This document shows positions 38,901-48,401 of a stretch of DNA of 58,807 bases, piece after piece. The notes below the pieces were generated by a model. The model was not told the origin of the DNA, did no database searches, and was given only the letters and a program-made list of their open reading frames with translations. This DNA comes from a virus (taxonomy: Duplodnaviria > Heunggongvirae > Uroviricota > Caudoviricetes). Made by a program: the position numbers and the translations under genes. The stretch is taken from positions 64,859-123,665 of IMG/VR virus record IMGVR_UViG_2788500396_000001; one strand, written 5' to 3'. Within the stretch, counting starts at the first letter, position 1. Each line of letters opens with the position of its first letter.

Positions 38901-39349
38901 ACAACGCACAGTCGGATGCAGACAATGCATTGCGTTTGGCTGAAGGTGCTTCTGACGATGCTGTTGCAGCGGCAAATGCTGTCAAGAGACTTGCTAATGG
39001 CACATACACAGGATATACGTTTATTGATGGGACAAACATCATTTCACCCAATATTTCTGGAGGAAAAATAACTGGCGTTGAAATATACGGTGGATTGTAT
39101 TATGACGATCTTGGCCATACTAAACTTGAGTTAAATCCAAGGTCATCAATAGGAAGTTATGCTGATCTTGCTTTATATAGTGGTTCTACGGTCGCATTTG
39201 AGCTGTACGATAATATTGGGTCAATATCAATGTCTGCATATGGAAATAGAATTTTAACAGCTGGCGCTGTTAGTAGGAGAACTACTGCTGAAGGTGTGTG
39301 GGATTTCTCTACCGCTACAGTGGAAGGTCTTTCTGCAACATTCGGATAA
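35933..39349 (+). CDS. tail hub/spike protein (Tal-like)
   Basis: Follows Dit, ~1140 aa, coiled-coil insert and beta-rich C-terminus. SD AAGGAGTG at ATG 35933. Confidence 0.7.
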   Translation: MQFKFSGIQVDAYGHIERPAMILYQADDTPIGYLQYAFDVSVELKYNELSTAQFSYPREVDGVPQEAYPKLTIGRIVEIVPYGKFIISDIDEQEEDGRWIASISMNSLEYELTNKQIVFAAGTYKLYSPTDNSDSIAKFVLEKTLNWKIGTVDASLWTKYRTFTQTEQGILDFLYNVVQETYGCVVVFDTKNRTINFVDATADTKMIPVYLSSDNVIKEQKLTTNDSDVANKVSVYGADNVDIRDVNPTGTTEIINLGYALSTGDLSGDLADKYIAWQSAIIAQQDYYTGIVSLRNSTASRLLAEKAKLTDLKGKLTELENTQSTTLQMLNTAKQQETIDYMQQRLKEILAEQADVKQDIAEQEKLIEEIQTDYDQYVADAIAVTDELKLTSWFTEDEQKILDKLFIEGTYSDSTFATFDVDISGEDDSYDDLSNETILLSDVTVIDVKMPEGSTHRILDVAGGQFSMDGTKKITAELMHATMDTWDNQSVCSLFVGSGTIGDEKIQSANISITFDSGLPIDSYLSNMVKHTEVIEDDDTGVQYTKYYYTGTISISSMAGKMYTTRNATEYQKYSVQKELYDYATGIIDKMAYPITEFEIDSANIVYAEKFLYFREQLELGCGVYLKITDSLSLRPVLLEVHLDFDDFTKFEMVFSNQFQSKRHDAVNKLSEILDASSNASKSFDLSRYEFGKYEVSGAESALSNFLQNGMDAAYQQVTAGKDQTVVINGSGITVGATDSSEYIKLANGMIAIIDPSTEETKAAIGHFYNSSTQTDFNGVLADVIGGTLFAGKNMHMECFSPDGKITQFKFDSTGAFLNNSRLYLQSDAGGRIGLDPEHGFLAGTSALFSVTDTGIIKPSCKDENGDLIFDDDGFPKDTNVYIGLDGKAYFRGSIYAENGYFNGEVNATSGIFKGTVQASAFLDANGNNMMTNGQWDSEYLNVKGLNVNNNFIIDEQGRVTINNGFISWGSVTGTEEIDRQIQDAQDAANNAQSDADNALRLAEGASDDAVAAANAVKRLANGTYTGYTFIDGTNIISPNISGGKITGVEIYGGLYYDDLGHTKLELNPRSSIGSYADLALYSGSTVAFELYDNIGSISMSAYGNRILTAGAVSRRTTAEGVWDFSTATVEGLSATFG

Positions 39350-39370
39350 TCTAAGAAGAAGGAGGAAGGT

Positions 39371-40600
39371 ATGGCAACTCTTTCTTTAACTGGAGGAATT
39401 GAGGAATTTTCTTGGCGGATTACGGGACTTAGCAAGCCATTTACACAAAGCAACGGATACACAGAAGCTGGAATCACATATAATCGATTTACTCAATCTT
39501 CTACTAGTATATTCGGCGTTGTTTCTAAGGTGTACCCCACATCGACCGGAACGTCTACATCTACTTCTGCAAAGACAGTTTCTTATTCCCCTGGTGAGTA
39601 TACGTTTTGGGCATATACAAAAGACTCCCACGGAACTTATTGGCCAGCTGGATCTGCTACTGTTGTAGTAGAAGAGAATAATCAAATCACAGACTCTGGA
39701 AGTTTATCGATTTCTTCGAAGACAGCCACATCGATTTCCGTAAGGCTTACTAGAATCGATAAAGCAACTAGCTATGAGATAATTTACAGAAGCGAAGATG
39801 GGGACGTTGATTACGCTTATACACCTTCTACATCTTATACCATCTCTGGACTGAAGCCAAACACAACATATACCATAAATTATCGTGGAATCAACTCATC
39901 CAGTGAAGGCCCGTATATGTCAACTGGAGTGAATGTAACAACAGAAAAACTAATCACTGATTACGGAAGCATGACTTTAGAATCAGTAACTATGAACTCT
40001 ATTACGGTTACGATAACTCCTATCAAAAATGCAGTGTCGTATTATATCTTATGTAGAAACTCAACTTCTGGGGCTGAAGTCGATATCACCACAAACAAGA
40101 TGACAAATACCATTCAGGGATTGCTGCCAAATACAACATATATTTTGAATTACTATGGCATTGATAGTTATGGATCTACTGGTCCATTTATGCCAACGGG
40201 ACTTACAGTAAAGACAAAGCAGAGTATAGATCCGTGGGATTGGAATGCATCAAACGGATCGGCAACAGCCACACAAACCAAAACTGCATATAATGCCGTT
40301 ACACAAAAGGGGAAATTAAGCGACTTTAGTTATCTTGTTTGGAATGACATTGTGAATAAAACAAATACTGTACTGGCAGCAAGAAGTTTGACTTGGGACA
40401 ATACGTATGGCACTAAATCGAGCACGGCGATGTCATCCGCTAGTAAAACAATGACAGCAGCTCGTTTTAATGCGGTATGGTGGAATTTATCCAGAATGGT
40501 TACAGTTGGCTTGGGACCAAACCCACGAGCGCCAGGAGAAGTTATCCTTGGTTCTTATTTCACTGCATTGACTGATGCAATCAATAAAGCGATTCCATAA
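39371..40600 (+). CDS. fibronectin type III-domain virion protein
   Basis: Two FN3-like repeats (YTISGLKPNTTYTI; TIQGLLPNTTYIL). Confidence 0.75.
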   Translation: MATLSLTGGIEEFSWRITGLSKPFTQSNGYTEAGITYNRFTQSSTSIFGVVSKVYPTSTGTSTSTSAKTVSYSPGEYTFWAYTKDSHGTYWPAGSATVVVEENNQITDSGSLSISSKTATSISVRLTRIDKATSYEIIYRSEDGDVDYAYTPSTSYTISGLKPNTTYTINYRGINSSSEGPYMSTGVNVTTEKLITDYGSMTLESVTMNSITVTITPIKNAVSYYILCRNSTSGAEVDITTNKMTNTIQGLLPNTTYILNYYGIDSYGSTGPFMPTGLTVKTKQSIDPWDWNASNGSATATQTKTAYNAVTQKGKLSDFSYLVWNDIVNKTNTVLAARSLTWDNTYGTKSSTAMSSASKTMTAARFNAVWWNLSRMVTVGLGPNPRAPGEVILGSYFTALTDAINKAIP

Positions 40601-40618
40601 TAAAACATGGAGGTTTAT

Positions 40619-40786
40619 ATGGATTATAAGAAAGAATTAGCTAATGTCAACAACTTATTGGTGATGACACATCCAACCGGGGAGGATATTTTAATTGTTG
40701 CTGAAGCAATTTCTCGAGTTAGGAATATTCTACAAATCATATCCTCTGAAGAGAATGGAGGGATAGAAGGTGCAGATTCCGTATGA
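40619..40786 (+). CDS. 55-aa hypothetical protein (MDYKKELANVNNLL...)
   Basis: SD GGAGG; fills the gap between neighbours. Below the ORF-track cutoff. Confidence 0.6.
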   Translation: MDYKKELANVNNLLVMTHPTGEDILIVAEAISRVRNILQIISSEENGGIEGADSV

Positions 40787-41114
40787 GTTACAAGAAGGAT
40801 CTTTGGTGGCCGGAACATATAAAGTATTTGAAATGTACCCTAAAAATAAGTTCAACGAACCTATTACTTTAACTGGCGCAAAGGTGTTTTTTAGTGTGTC
40901 TGAATATATAAACGAAGGTGATCCAATTGTGAGCAAGGCAGGCACTGTTGCTGCAGAAAAAGTAACTGCTGAGCTTACTTCTGAGGAAAGCGCCAATATG
41001 AACGGGAAATACATCTACCAATTTACTGTGATTGATCAAGACGGCCCAACATATTGTGCCAGGGGGTTATTGACGATATGGAAAAACATTAACCCAGATG
41101 TATTAGCGCAATAA
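40770..41114 (+). CDS. baseplate-upper (BppU-like) Ig-fold protein
   Basis: AELTSEES...GKYIYQFTV pattern. Confidence 0.55.
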   Translation: MQIPYELQEGSLVAGTYKVFEMYPKNKFNEPITLTGAKVFFSVSEYINEGDPIVSKAGTVAAEKVTAELTSEESANMNGKYIYQFTVIDQDGPTYCARGLLTIWKNINPDVLAQ

Positions 41115-41127
41115 CGGAGGTGAGTAT

Positions 41128-41535
41128 ATGACGACAACTTATTTTAGAAATATTATTGCAGGAAATGTGTTTAATGTTGGATCACAGCCAGAGTTTCCAA
41201 CAGAATACTACATCGGTCTTTCCTCGACCGAACCTAATGAGTCTGGACTCAACTCAACTGAGCCAGATACTTCTGGTACTGGTTATACAAGGGTAAAATT
41301 AGATCATTTGTCTAATCCAGAGAATGGTGTAATTAAAAACCAGTCAGATATTTCGTTTGCAAAAGCAGAAACCGATTGGTTCCCGTCGGGCAGCCCTGCG
41401 ACACATTATGTTATTTTTGATGCGCTGAGCAATGGAAACTTGGTTATTTATGGTGAATTAAAAAAGCCTCGCACAATTGAGAGCGACACATATATCTCAT
41501 TCCCTGCAGGAGAGCTCACAATTTCTGTAGTGTAG
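41128..41535 (+). CDS. small tail/baseplate structural protein
   Basis: YIGLSSTEP...GYTRV...THYVIFDA..GN motif common in phage tail genes. Confidence 0.6.
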   Translation: MTTTYFRNIIAGNVFNVGSQPEFPTEYYIGLSSTEPNESGLNSTEPDTSGTGYTRVKLDHLSNPENGVIKNQSDISFAKAETDWFPSGSPATHYVIFDALSNGNLVIYGELKKPRTIESDTYISFPAGELTISVV

Positions 41536-41538
41536 TGG

Positions 41539-42294
41539 ATGGGGGTGGACGCTACGGGGAATAACACTGTTGTCTTTGATTTTTTTATTCCATCACACTT
41601 CTACAATGATCATGTGCGTACAGATCTTGAGCAAGCGTTCGATCGTGTGGTCGTAAGTGGGTATGGTCCTTTTGATAAAATTACAAGTGGATTGATTGCA
41701 GATTGCCCATATGTTAAAAGTTCTGTTGTTATGGGCGATATGCCGTTGCGGATTATTGCATCCGCTCAGGCGTCAATAACTATTTTGACAAAAAGAATTT
41801 TGCCTGTTATTTTATCAAGGATATATGCGCTTCCTTGCTCTATTAAGATCATTGATGATTGTTCCAATGTATGCGCCACCATGAAGATATCAGGAGAGAA
41901 TTGTGTTTCTGTAGATGTAATGTTGAGTGAAGAAAAACGAACTGCTATTGAAGCTTCTAAATCTATCATCAATATACTTTCTAATTCAATCCATAATAAA
42001 GTGACAAATTTATTATCTGAAAAAAGAGATGAACACATTTGTGTTGATATTGATTACACATCTCTAATATCAGGAATGTATGTGTCATCAGATGATTGTA
42101 TTGAGTTTGTGTTGTCTGGGTATCAAATCGCACGTTCTACGCTTAATGCGCAAGAATGTGCGATTTCTTTATTGGTGGATGATCCTGAAATAGTTGTTGC
42201 GTTTTACAGAACAATTGCTGACACGAAAATTTTCACGATCTCAGAAATAGGTAATTTGTCTTTGTCTGAATTATATTTTACAGAAACGGGGTGA
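41539..42294 (+). CDS. hypothetical protein
   Basis: 251-aa ORF; possible ACG start at 41554 behind GGGGGTG. Confidence 0.6.
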   Translation: MGVDATGNNTVVFDFFIPSHFYNDHVRTDLEQAFDRVVVSGYGPFDKITSGLIADCPYVKSSVVMGDMPLRIIASAQASITILTKRILPVILSRIYALPCSIKIIDDCSNVCATMKISGENCVSVDVMLSEEKRTAIEASKSIINILSNSIHNKVTNLLSEKRDEHICVDIDYTSLISGMYVSSDDCIEFVLSGYQIARSTLNAQECAISLLVDDPEIVVAFYRTIADTKIFTISEIGNLSLSELYFTETG

Positions 42295-42298
42295 CTAA

Positions 42299-42541
42299 AT
42301 GGCATTAAGCAAAACTGAACATTTAGGACTCAATGTTTTCCCTCAATCTGATGAAGGTGTCATTTTGGTGAGAGATGCATTCAGAGCTATTGCGGAAGAT
42401 GCAGACACTTCAAATATGCACATAATCGACCAAGCAATTTATGATTTGCAGACGAGGCAGTTGGCTGGTGTTGTATGGGATAAGCTGCAACCAGAAGATC
42501 AAAAGCCTGGCGACACATGGAATGAAATACTAGAAGAATAA
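42299..42541 (+). CDS. hypothetical tail protein
   Basis: 80 aa coupled ORF. Confidence 0.6.
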   Translation: MALSKTEHLGLNVFPQSDEGVILVRDAFRAIAEDADTSNMHIIDQAIYDLQTRQLAGVVWDKLQPEDQKPGDTWNEILEE

Positions 42542-42553
42542 GGAGGGGTGTGA

Positions 42554-43126
42554 ATGTATGTCAAAGTGGAGAATGACAAATCATTGATTGTAACTGTTTT
42601 TTCGACGATTTATAAGGGAGAAGCAGGCGCAGACACTATTGTATTTTTAGTTCCTTCAGAATATGAAGAAACGGAAATCGCAAGATGCTCTGTAATGTTA
42701 CGGTATATTACGCCAAATCAAATTGGTCACTCTGAGCAATTAAAACTTCTTCCGGAAATGTATAACGGATATTTGCAATATGCAATTGATGTTGATACAG
42801 ATATGACGGCAGAGGCTGGTGATATCACATTATGGCTCTCATGTATCTCATATCAAGATGCGGTTATTTTTAAAACCGGAGAATTATCTGTTGAAGTTAA
42901 GCCAAGCCCAGAAATCGAAAAATATCTTCCTCCAGAAGATCTTGATCAACTTGATAGATTGGAAGTTGAGGTTTCTAATTTGAAAAATACAAAAGCAGAT
43001 AATTTGATTTTTGATGCGGAAGATGGCTCTTTGCAACTATCTGCATCTGGCAATCCTATTGGGGATGAAGTAACTGTTGCTGGCGGCAGTTATAACATCA
43101 TAGATGGCGGCGGAGCCGCAAAATAA
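42554..43126 (+). CDS. baseplate-upper-like hypothetical protein
   Basis: 190 aa with SD AAGGAGG. Confidence 0.6.
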   Translation: MYVKVENDKSLIVTVFSTIYKGEAGADTIVFLVPSEYEETEIARCSVMLRYITPNQIGHSEQLKLLPEMYNGYLQYAIDVDTDMTAEAGDITLWLSCISYQDAVIFKTGELSVEVKPSPEIEKYLPPEDLDQLDRLEVEVSNLKNTKADNLIFDAEDGSLQLSASGNPIGDEVTVAGGSYNIIDGGGAAK

Positions 43127-43143
43127 AAAATGGAGGGGGTTAG

Positions 43144-44199
43144 ATGGCAAACGTATTAAAAACTACGATTCAGGTGCGCAGAGCAACTGAAGAGGAATGG
43201 CTTGCTAATAAGGATGTAGTCCTTGCTGCTGGCGAGCCTGCAATGACCCTTGATGGGGAACATAAGGGTCAAGTTAAGTGGGGTGATGGAACTACTACAT
43301 GGGAGAATCTTCCTTATAGTTCTGGAGACTTGTCAGAACTGGATGCATCTAACGTTTACTACACTCAGGACTTTGTGTTCACTCGTCCTTTCGGCAAGTA
43401 TGTTCCTGATTCAACCGGAAAGGTGACAGTTCCTGCTACAGGAAAAAACAATGTCGAGTTATTTAATGATGCATATTCGGAGGATATCAATCCTCAAATC
43501 ACCCAACCTTCCGCTTCTATTAGCGCCAGCGCTATGAAGTCTTATGAAGCCGGAACTACGGTGACGCCAAGCTATACGGCTAGTCTGAATCCTGGTTCCT
43601 ATGAGTTCGGTCCTGCCACCGGTATTACTGCAACCGCATGGGAAGTTACTTTTAACGAAGAGAGCAAGGACACAAATTCTGGTTCATTTTCTCCTATCCA
43701 AGTGACCGACGCTATGAATCTCCAAATTGTCGCAAAAGCTACGCACGGAGATGGAGCTATGCCGTGGACTGCTCTTGAAAAGGAGTATAAAGAAGGTCAA
43801 ATTAAGGCCGGAACCAAGACCGCTACCTCTGGAGCCCTGAAGGGCTATCGGCGTTATTTCTATGGAGTTGATAAGACTTCCGGCGAGATTAACAGCGCTC
43901 TGATCCGGGGCCTGACTGGAAGCGCTGGAGCCGCTGCGGCAACCACTCTTACGGTTAACTCAAGCGCTGGTGCTATTCGTAGCATCGTAGCGCTTCCGAC
44001 TGCCTCTGGCTTGAAGGTGAAACAGGTTCTGTTGACCTCCAGCATGAACGCTGATATTACTGGAAACTATGTCAAGAATCCTGATCCTATTCAGGTTGAA
44101 GGCGCAGAGGGATATACTGCCGTTGACTATGATGTTTATGTGTACCAGCCTGCGTCCTATGATGCCGCTGAGGTTCACAAGATTACAATTGGCAAGTAA
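43144..44199 (+). CDS. tail fibre protein with Mtd_N-like N-terminal domain
   Basis: IQVRRATEEEW...LAAGE...VKWGDG..W..LPY motif. Confidence 0.7.
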   Translation: MANVLKTTIQVRRATEEEWLANKDVVLAAGEPAMTLDGEHKGQVKWGDGTTTWENLPYSSGDLSELDASNVYYTQDFVFTRPFGKYVPDSTGKVTVPATGKNNVELFNDAYSEDINPQITQPSASISASAMKSYEAGTTVTPSYTASLNPGSYEFGPATGITATAWEVTFNEESKDTNSGSFSPIQVTDAMNLQIVAKATHGDGAMPWTALEKEYKEGQIKAGTKTATSGALKGYRRYFYGVDKTSGEINSALIRGLTGSAGAAAATTLTVNSSAGAIRSIVALPTASGLKVKQVLLTSSMNADITGNYVKNPDPIQVEGAEGYTAVDYDVYVYQPASYDAAEVHKITIGK

Positions 44200-44220
44200 T
44201 TAGAAGGAAGGAGTGATAAG

Positions 44221-45486
44221 ATGGCTGTTATTAACAAAGAAGGCAACTATATGGCGCTTCCTCTGAAGATTCGCAGAGGAAATCCACTGCCCCTTGATGA
44301 GTCTGCTGTTTGGTACGACTATGAGGAACTTGTTGCATATGCACAGTCTAATCCCGTAGCTTACGTTGGCCAGATCCTGGTTCATGTTGATGAGGAACAA
44401 TCGACAGTCAACGCATACATGATTCAGAATGCTGCCGGAAACCTGATTAAGCTCGCCTCTACTACAGCATCTGGAGATCTGACAGAAGATGTTCTTGAAC
44501 TGCAGGGCAAGGTATCTGCGCTTGAGACATTGGTTGGTAAGAAGGGTGCAGAGAGTGCGATTGTTGCTACTGATGTGTGGAATGCAATTGAGGAAGTCAA
44601 GGCCGCTTATGAGGCCGCCGATACTGCGCTGAGCGAGAATCTGTCTAGCAATTATTATAATAAGACTGCGACTGATAGCCAGATCGACACTAAGATTGCC
44701 GCCGCCATTGGAGCTACATATAAGCCTGGTGGTTCCGTCGCCTTTGAAGATCTTCCTGAACTGAGCGCAGCAATTGAAGGCAAAGTCTACAATATTTCAA
44801 ACGATTTCACTACCACAGATGACTTCGTTGATGGTGCTGGCAAGAAGTTCTCTGCTGGCACAAATGTTGTGTGTATCGAAGCGAGTGACGGCGTATATAA
44901 GTGGGATGTTTTGACTGGTGTCACTGATCTGAGTGCGTATGCCACTACTGAATATGTGGATGAGGGTTTGGCCGAGAAGGTTGATGTAGTTGAAGGCTCT
45001 TCTCTCGTTGAGGAAACTCTGATTCAGAAACTGAGAGGTATGCTGGAGGTCAAGAGTGTATCTGATGAACTCGAAGTTGCTGAAGGTGGCGTTCTGCAGG
45101 TTAAGGCGGTTGACCAAAGTAAAGTAACTGGCCTCTCTGATGCTCTTGCTGGAAAGGTTAATGTTGAACCAGGTAAAGGACTCTCTGAGGAAAATTTCAC
45201 TTCCACTCTTTTGGAGAAACTGAATGGTATTGCCGCTGGCGCTCAGGCCAACGTGATTGAGAGTATTCAGATTAACGGAGAAGCGGCACAAATTCAAGGG
45301 AAGGCTGTTAATATTCCTGTCGCTTCTGCCAGCGTTCTTGGTGTCGTGAAGGGTGTAACCACCGAGAATGGTGTTGCTGTTGCTGAAGACGGAACGATGA
45401 GCATCAATTCTGTAAATGTGAATAAGCTTGTTCAGGCTGGCGATGAGCGTTTGGTCTTGGATTGCGGGAACAGTACAAATGCTTAA
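44221..45486 (+). CDS. tail/head fibre-like protein
   Basis: SKVTGLSDALAGK (phage tail repeat-like) and KGLSEENFT...KLNGI motifs. Confidence 0.65.
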   Translation: MAVINKEGNYMALPLKIRRGNPLPLDESAVWYDYEELVAYAQSNPVAYVGQILVHVDEEQSTVNAYMIQNAAGNLIKLASTTASGDLTEDVLELQGKVSALETLVGKKGAESAIVATDVWNAIEEVKAAYEAADTALSENLSSNYYNKTATDSQIDTKIAAAIGATYKPGGSVAFEDLPELSAAIEGKVYNISNDFTTTDDFVDGAGKKFSAGTNVVCIEASDGVYKWDVLTGVTDLSAYATTEYVDEGLAEKVDVVEGSSLVEETLIQKLRGMLEVKSVSDELEVAEGGVLQVKAVDQSKVTGLSDALAGKVNVEPGKGLSEENFTSTLLEKLNGIAAGAQANVIESIQINGEAAQIQGKAVNIPVASASVLGVVKGVTTENGVAVAEDGTMSINSVNVNKLVQAGDERLVLDCGNSTNA

Positions 45487-45500
45487 TTGTGCGTAATTTT

Positions 45501-45528
45501 GGAACCCCGGATTGCTCCGGGGTTCTTT
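45501..45528 (+). terminator. hairpin/terminator
   Basis: GGAACCCCGG/CCGGGGTTCT then TT. Confidence 0.55.
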
Positions 45529-45545
45529 CATAAGGAGGATTGTAT

Positions 45546-46433
45546 ATGGCGGGAAATAAAACACTTAATGCTCGTCTTAGTCTTAAATGTGATACCTATG
45601 CTAACTGGACTAGCAACAACCCTGTCCTGCTTGCTGGCGAGGCTGCCGTTACGGTTGTTCCAGGAGAAACAGGCGCGGTTCAGAGAGAACCTGCTGTTCT
45701 GGTTAAGTTTGGTGATGGTACTTCTCACTACAATGATTTGCAGTTTATGTCTGCAAAGAGCGCTGATGTTTATGACTGGGCTATGCAGGCTCAGAAGCCC
45801 ACTTACCAGGCAAGTGAAATTCAGGGGCTTGATGATTACATCTCTGGCCAGATCAAGGATACAGATACCCAGTATCAGCTTGTGCGAGTGAGCGACACAT
45901 CCTTTAAGTTGCAGTCAAAAGAAAAGAATGGGGATGAGTGGGCGGATGTAACCACAATTGAAATCACCTATAACTTGACTGAAGGCGAGACAAACGGTAC
46001 AGTGAAGTTTAATGGTGTGGATGTTGCTGTTCACGGACTGAAATCTGCCGCCTATCAGGACACGACTGCTTTTGATGCTGCTGGGTCTGCTGATGCTGTG
46101 CAGGGCAATTTAGATACGCACATTCAGAATAAGCAGAATCCGCATAGTGTGGCTGCTGATCAAATAGGTGCCGCAAAACCAGGATATGTATTTTATATTA
46201 CACTTCTTGCATCTAACTGGGTAGATAATTCTCAAACTGTATCGGATATCGGTTTTGTAACATCTGGATATGCATATCTTATAAATCCTAGTGACGAAAA
46301 TTTTATATCTTGGAATGATTGTATTGTGCGTGGAAAAGATGTTGAACAAGCCGGGAAAATGAATTTTATATGTGAAGAGCAACCAAGCTCTGATATTGTG
46401 GTTAAAATCGTGCGAATGGAGGTTTCCGCATAA
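45546..46433 (+). CDS. tail fibre protein with Mtd_N-like domain and NPH repeat
   Basis: DTYANWTSNNPVLLAGE...KFGDG motif and HIQNKQNPH. Confidence 0.7.
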   Translation: MAGNKTLNARLSLKCDTYANWTSNNPVLLAGEAAVTVVPGETGAVQREPAVLVKFGDGTSHYNDLQFMSAKSADVYDWAMQAQKPTYQASEIQGLDDYISGQIKDTDTQYQLVRVSDTSFKLQSKEKNGDEWADVTTIEITYNLTEGETNGTVKFNGVDVAVHGLKSAAYQDTTAFDAAGSADAVQGNLDTHIQNKQNPHSVAADQIGAAKPGYVFYITLLASNWVDNSQTVSDIGFVTSGYAYLINPSDENFISWNDCIVRGKDVEQAGKMNFICEEQPSSDIVVKIVRMEVSA

Positions 46434-48274
46434 TGAGTGGGAAAGTGTTCAATATGACTGGGGGATCTGGCAGGGGGATTAAGTTAGTGTCTATTGACAT
46501 CGCAAAAGGACCAACTAAAACGATATATCGCCCTGGACAAATTTTCGATCCAGCCGGGATGGAAGTGGTCGCTACGTATACCAACGGAGCAACATTGCTT
46601 GCAACTGGATGGACATATTATCCGTCTGGTGCCATTCAGGCTGGCACAAATAATATTGAAATTGTTTACACTGAATCTGGCGTAACAGCAAGTGCTATGC
46701 AACCAATTACTGTCCGGACGGAGGTTTTTCAAGTTCCAACATATACTGGTAGTTTTATTTATAACGGAACACAACAATCACCTTCATGGAATGGATATGA
46801 AAGTTCTGAAATGACAATCGGAGGCACAACATCAGCAATTCATGCAGGATCATATCAAACAATATTTTCTCTGAAAGATAAAATTGGAACTCAGTGGGAC
46901 GATGGAACCGTTGAAGACAAATCGGTGGATTGGACTATCGAAAGGGCCAGTATTGATGTCCCAACACAGAGTGGGAGTTTAATATATGACGGAGATATTA
47001 AGTCGCCCACTTGGGCTGGATATGATAACATAAAAATGACTATTGGCGGCACAACGTCTGGAACCAATGCTGGAAGCTATAATGCTTCCTTCACTCCGAA
47101 AACAGACTATAGATGGAGCGATGGAACTACCACTGCCAAGACTGTGTCATGGTCTATTGGCAAGGCAACTGGTACTCTGACTGTAAGCAAATCTTCTGTC
47201 GAATTAAATATGTCTACACTGTCTACGACGTTTACTATCGGAGGCAATCATGACGGTACATTAAGTGTTGTTTCAAACAATACAGGTATTGCTACTGTTT
47301 CCCGTAGCGGTTCTACTGTAACTGTTACGCATGTGAACCAGACTACCGGTTCGACTACAATCACCGTAAGCTGTACAGCAGGTACAAACTATACTGCACC
47401 TTCAAGCAAAACTGTTAGTGTTGAAGCAAAGTTTGTCAGTACGGTTCTTAACGACAATGAATGGTCTGTTATTCAGAGTGTCGCAGATTCAAACCAAGGC
47501 GGTAACTATTGGTCTGTCGGCGACCGTAAGGCTGTGACTGTCAACGGAACTGTCGGCACCCAAGCCATTAACGGTACTTATTATGTTTACATTCTCGGAT
47601 TTAACCACAACAGTTCTCGCGAAGGAACTGGCATTACTTTTGGTACGTTCAAAACAGCTCTGAGTGGTGGTACTGATATTTGTCTTGTTGATGGTCAGTA
47701 TGGTAGCTCCTCAACTAATGGTACCAAGTATTTCAACATGAACCATAGCTCCAATACTAACTCCGGCGGATGGAATGGCTGTGACCTTCGGTACGATGTG
47801 CTTGGTAGCACCAACGTAAATAATGGTGATGCAACGGCCACATGTGCGACATCTCCTATTTCTGGAACCTTAATGGCAGCTCTCCCAAGCGACCTTCGTG
47901 CCGTCATGAAGCCGATGAACATCTACACCGACAACACGGGTGGAGGTTCCAACACCGCTTCTTATGTCACAAAGTCGGTTGATTATCTTCCTCTTCTGGC
48001 CGAATGTGAGATTTTTGGCGATGGATATGGTTATAGTGGTAGCGGCTACGCTAATGATGCGGAGAAAAATTACCAGCAACAGTACCAATACTACAAAAAT
48101 GGTAATAGCAAGGTGAAATACCGTCACAGCTCAACAAGTTCCGCTGCTCGTTGGTGGGGGCGTTCTCCTGGTTGCGGCGGCAGCGGCGCCTTCTGCGTTG
48201 TGGGCGCGGACGGCAACGCGACCAGCGGCTACGCAAGGTATTCCTGTGGGCTCGCCCCGGCTTTCAGGGTCTAA
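46433..48274 (+). CDS. DGR target: Ig-like repeats plus C-terminal variable (DUF6273/CLec-like) domain, likely receptor-binding
   Basis: N-terminal Big_3-like domain, two ~75-aa repeats, and a VR in the last ~45 codons (WWGRSP...GLAPAFRV). Confidence 0.9.
   Translation: MSGKVFNMTGGSGRGIKLVSIDIAKGPTKTIYRPGQIFDPAGMEVVATYTNGATLLATGWTYYPSGAIQAGTNNIEIVYTESGVTASAMQPITVRTEVFQVPTYTGSFIYNGTQQSPSWNGYESSEMTIGGTTSAIHAGSYQTIFSLKDKIGTQWDDGTVEDKSVDWTIERASIDVPTQSGSLIYDGDIKSPTWAGYDNIKMTIGGTTSGTNAGSYNASFTPKTDYRWSDGTTTAKTVSWSIGKATGTLTVSKSSVELNMSTLSTTFTIGGNHDGTLSVVSNNTGIATVSRSGSTVTVTHVNQTTGSTTITVSCTAGTNYTAPSSKTVSVEAKFVSTVLNDNEWSVIQSVADSNQGGNYWSVGDRKAVTVNGTVGTQAINGTYYVYILGFNHNSSREGTGITFGTFKTALSGGTDICLVDGQYGSSSTNGTKYFNMNHSSNTNSGGWNGCDLRYDVLGSTNVNNGDATATCATSPISGTLMAALPSDLRAVMKPMNIYTDNTGGGSNTASYVTKSVDYLPLLAECEIFGDGYGYSGSGYANDAEKNYQQQYQYYKNGNSKVKYRHSSTSSAARWWGRSPGCGGSGAFCVVGADGNATSGYARYSCGLAPAFRV
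48138..48265 (+). repeat. DGR variable repeat (VR)
   Basis: Aligns gap-free with TR 48921-49048. All 29 mismatches are at TR adenines. Confidence 0.95.
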
Positions 48275-48294
48275 TCTTGAACCAAATGAATCAA

Positions 48295-48310
48295 GCCCAC
48301 GACAGTGGGC
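48295..48310 (+). promoter_or_regulatory. DGR target-recognition hairpin
   Basis: GCCCAC-GACA-GTGGGC, a GRNA-type loop ~20 nt after the target stop codon. Confidence 0.7.
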
Positions 48311-48401
48311 GGATTCATAGCAGGTGAAACTATATAAGGGGTTGCCCCTTTGTGATTAGTCCAAGAGGACAACACAATAAAAAGAACGAAAGGAGATTTC
48401 T

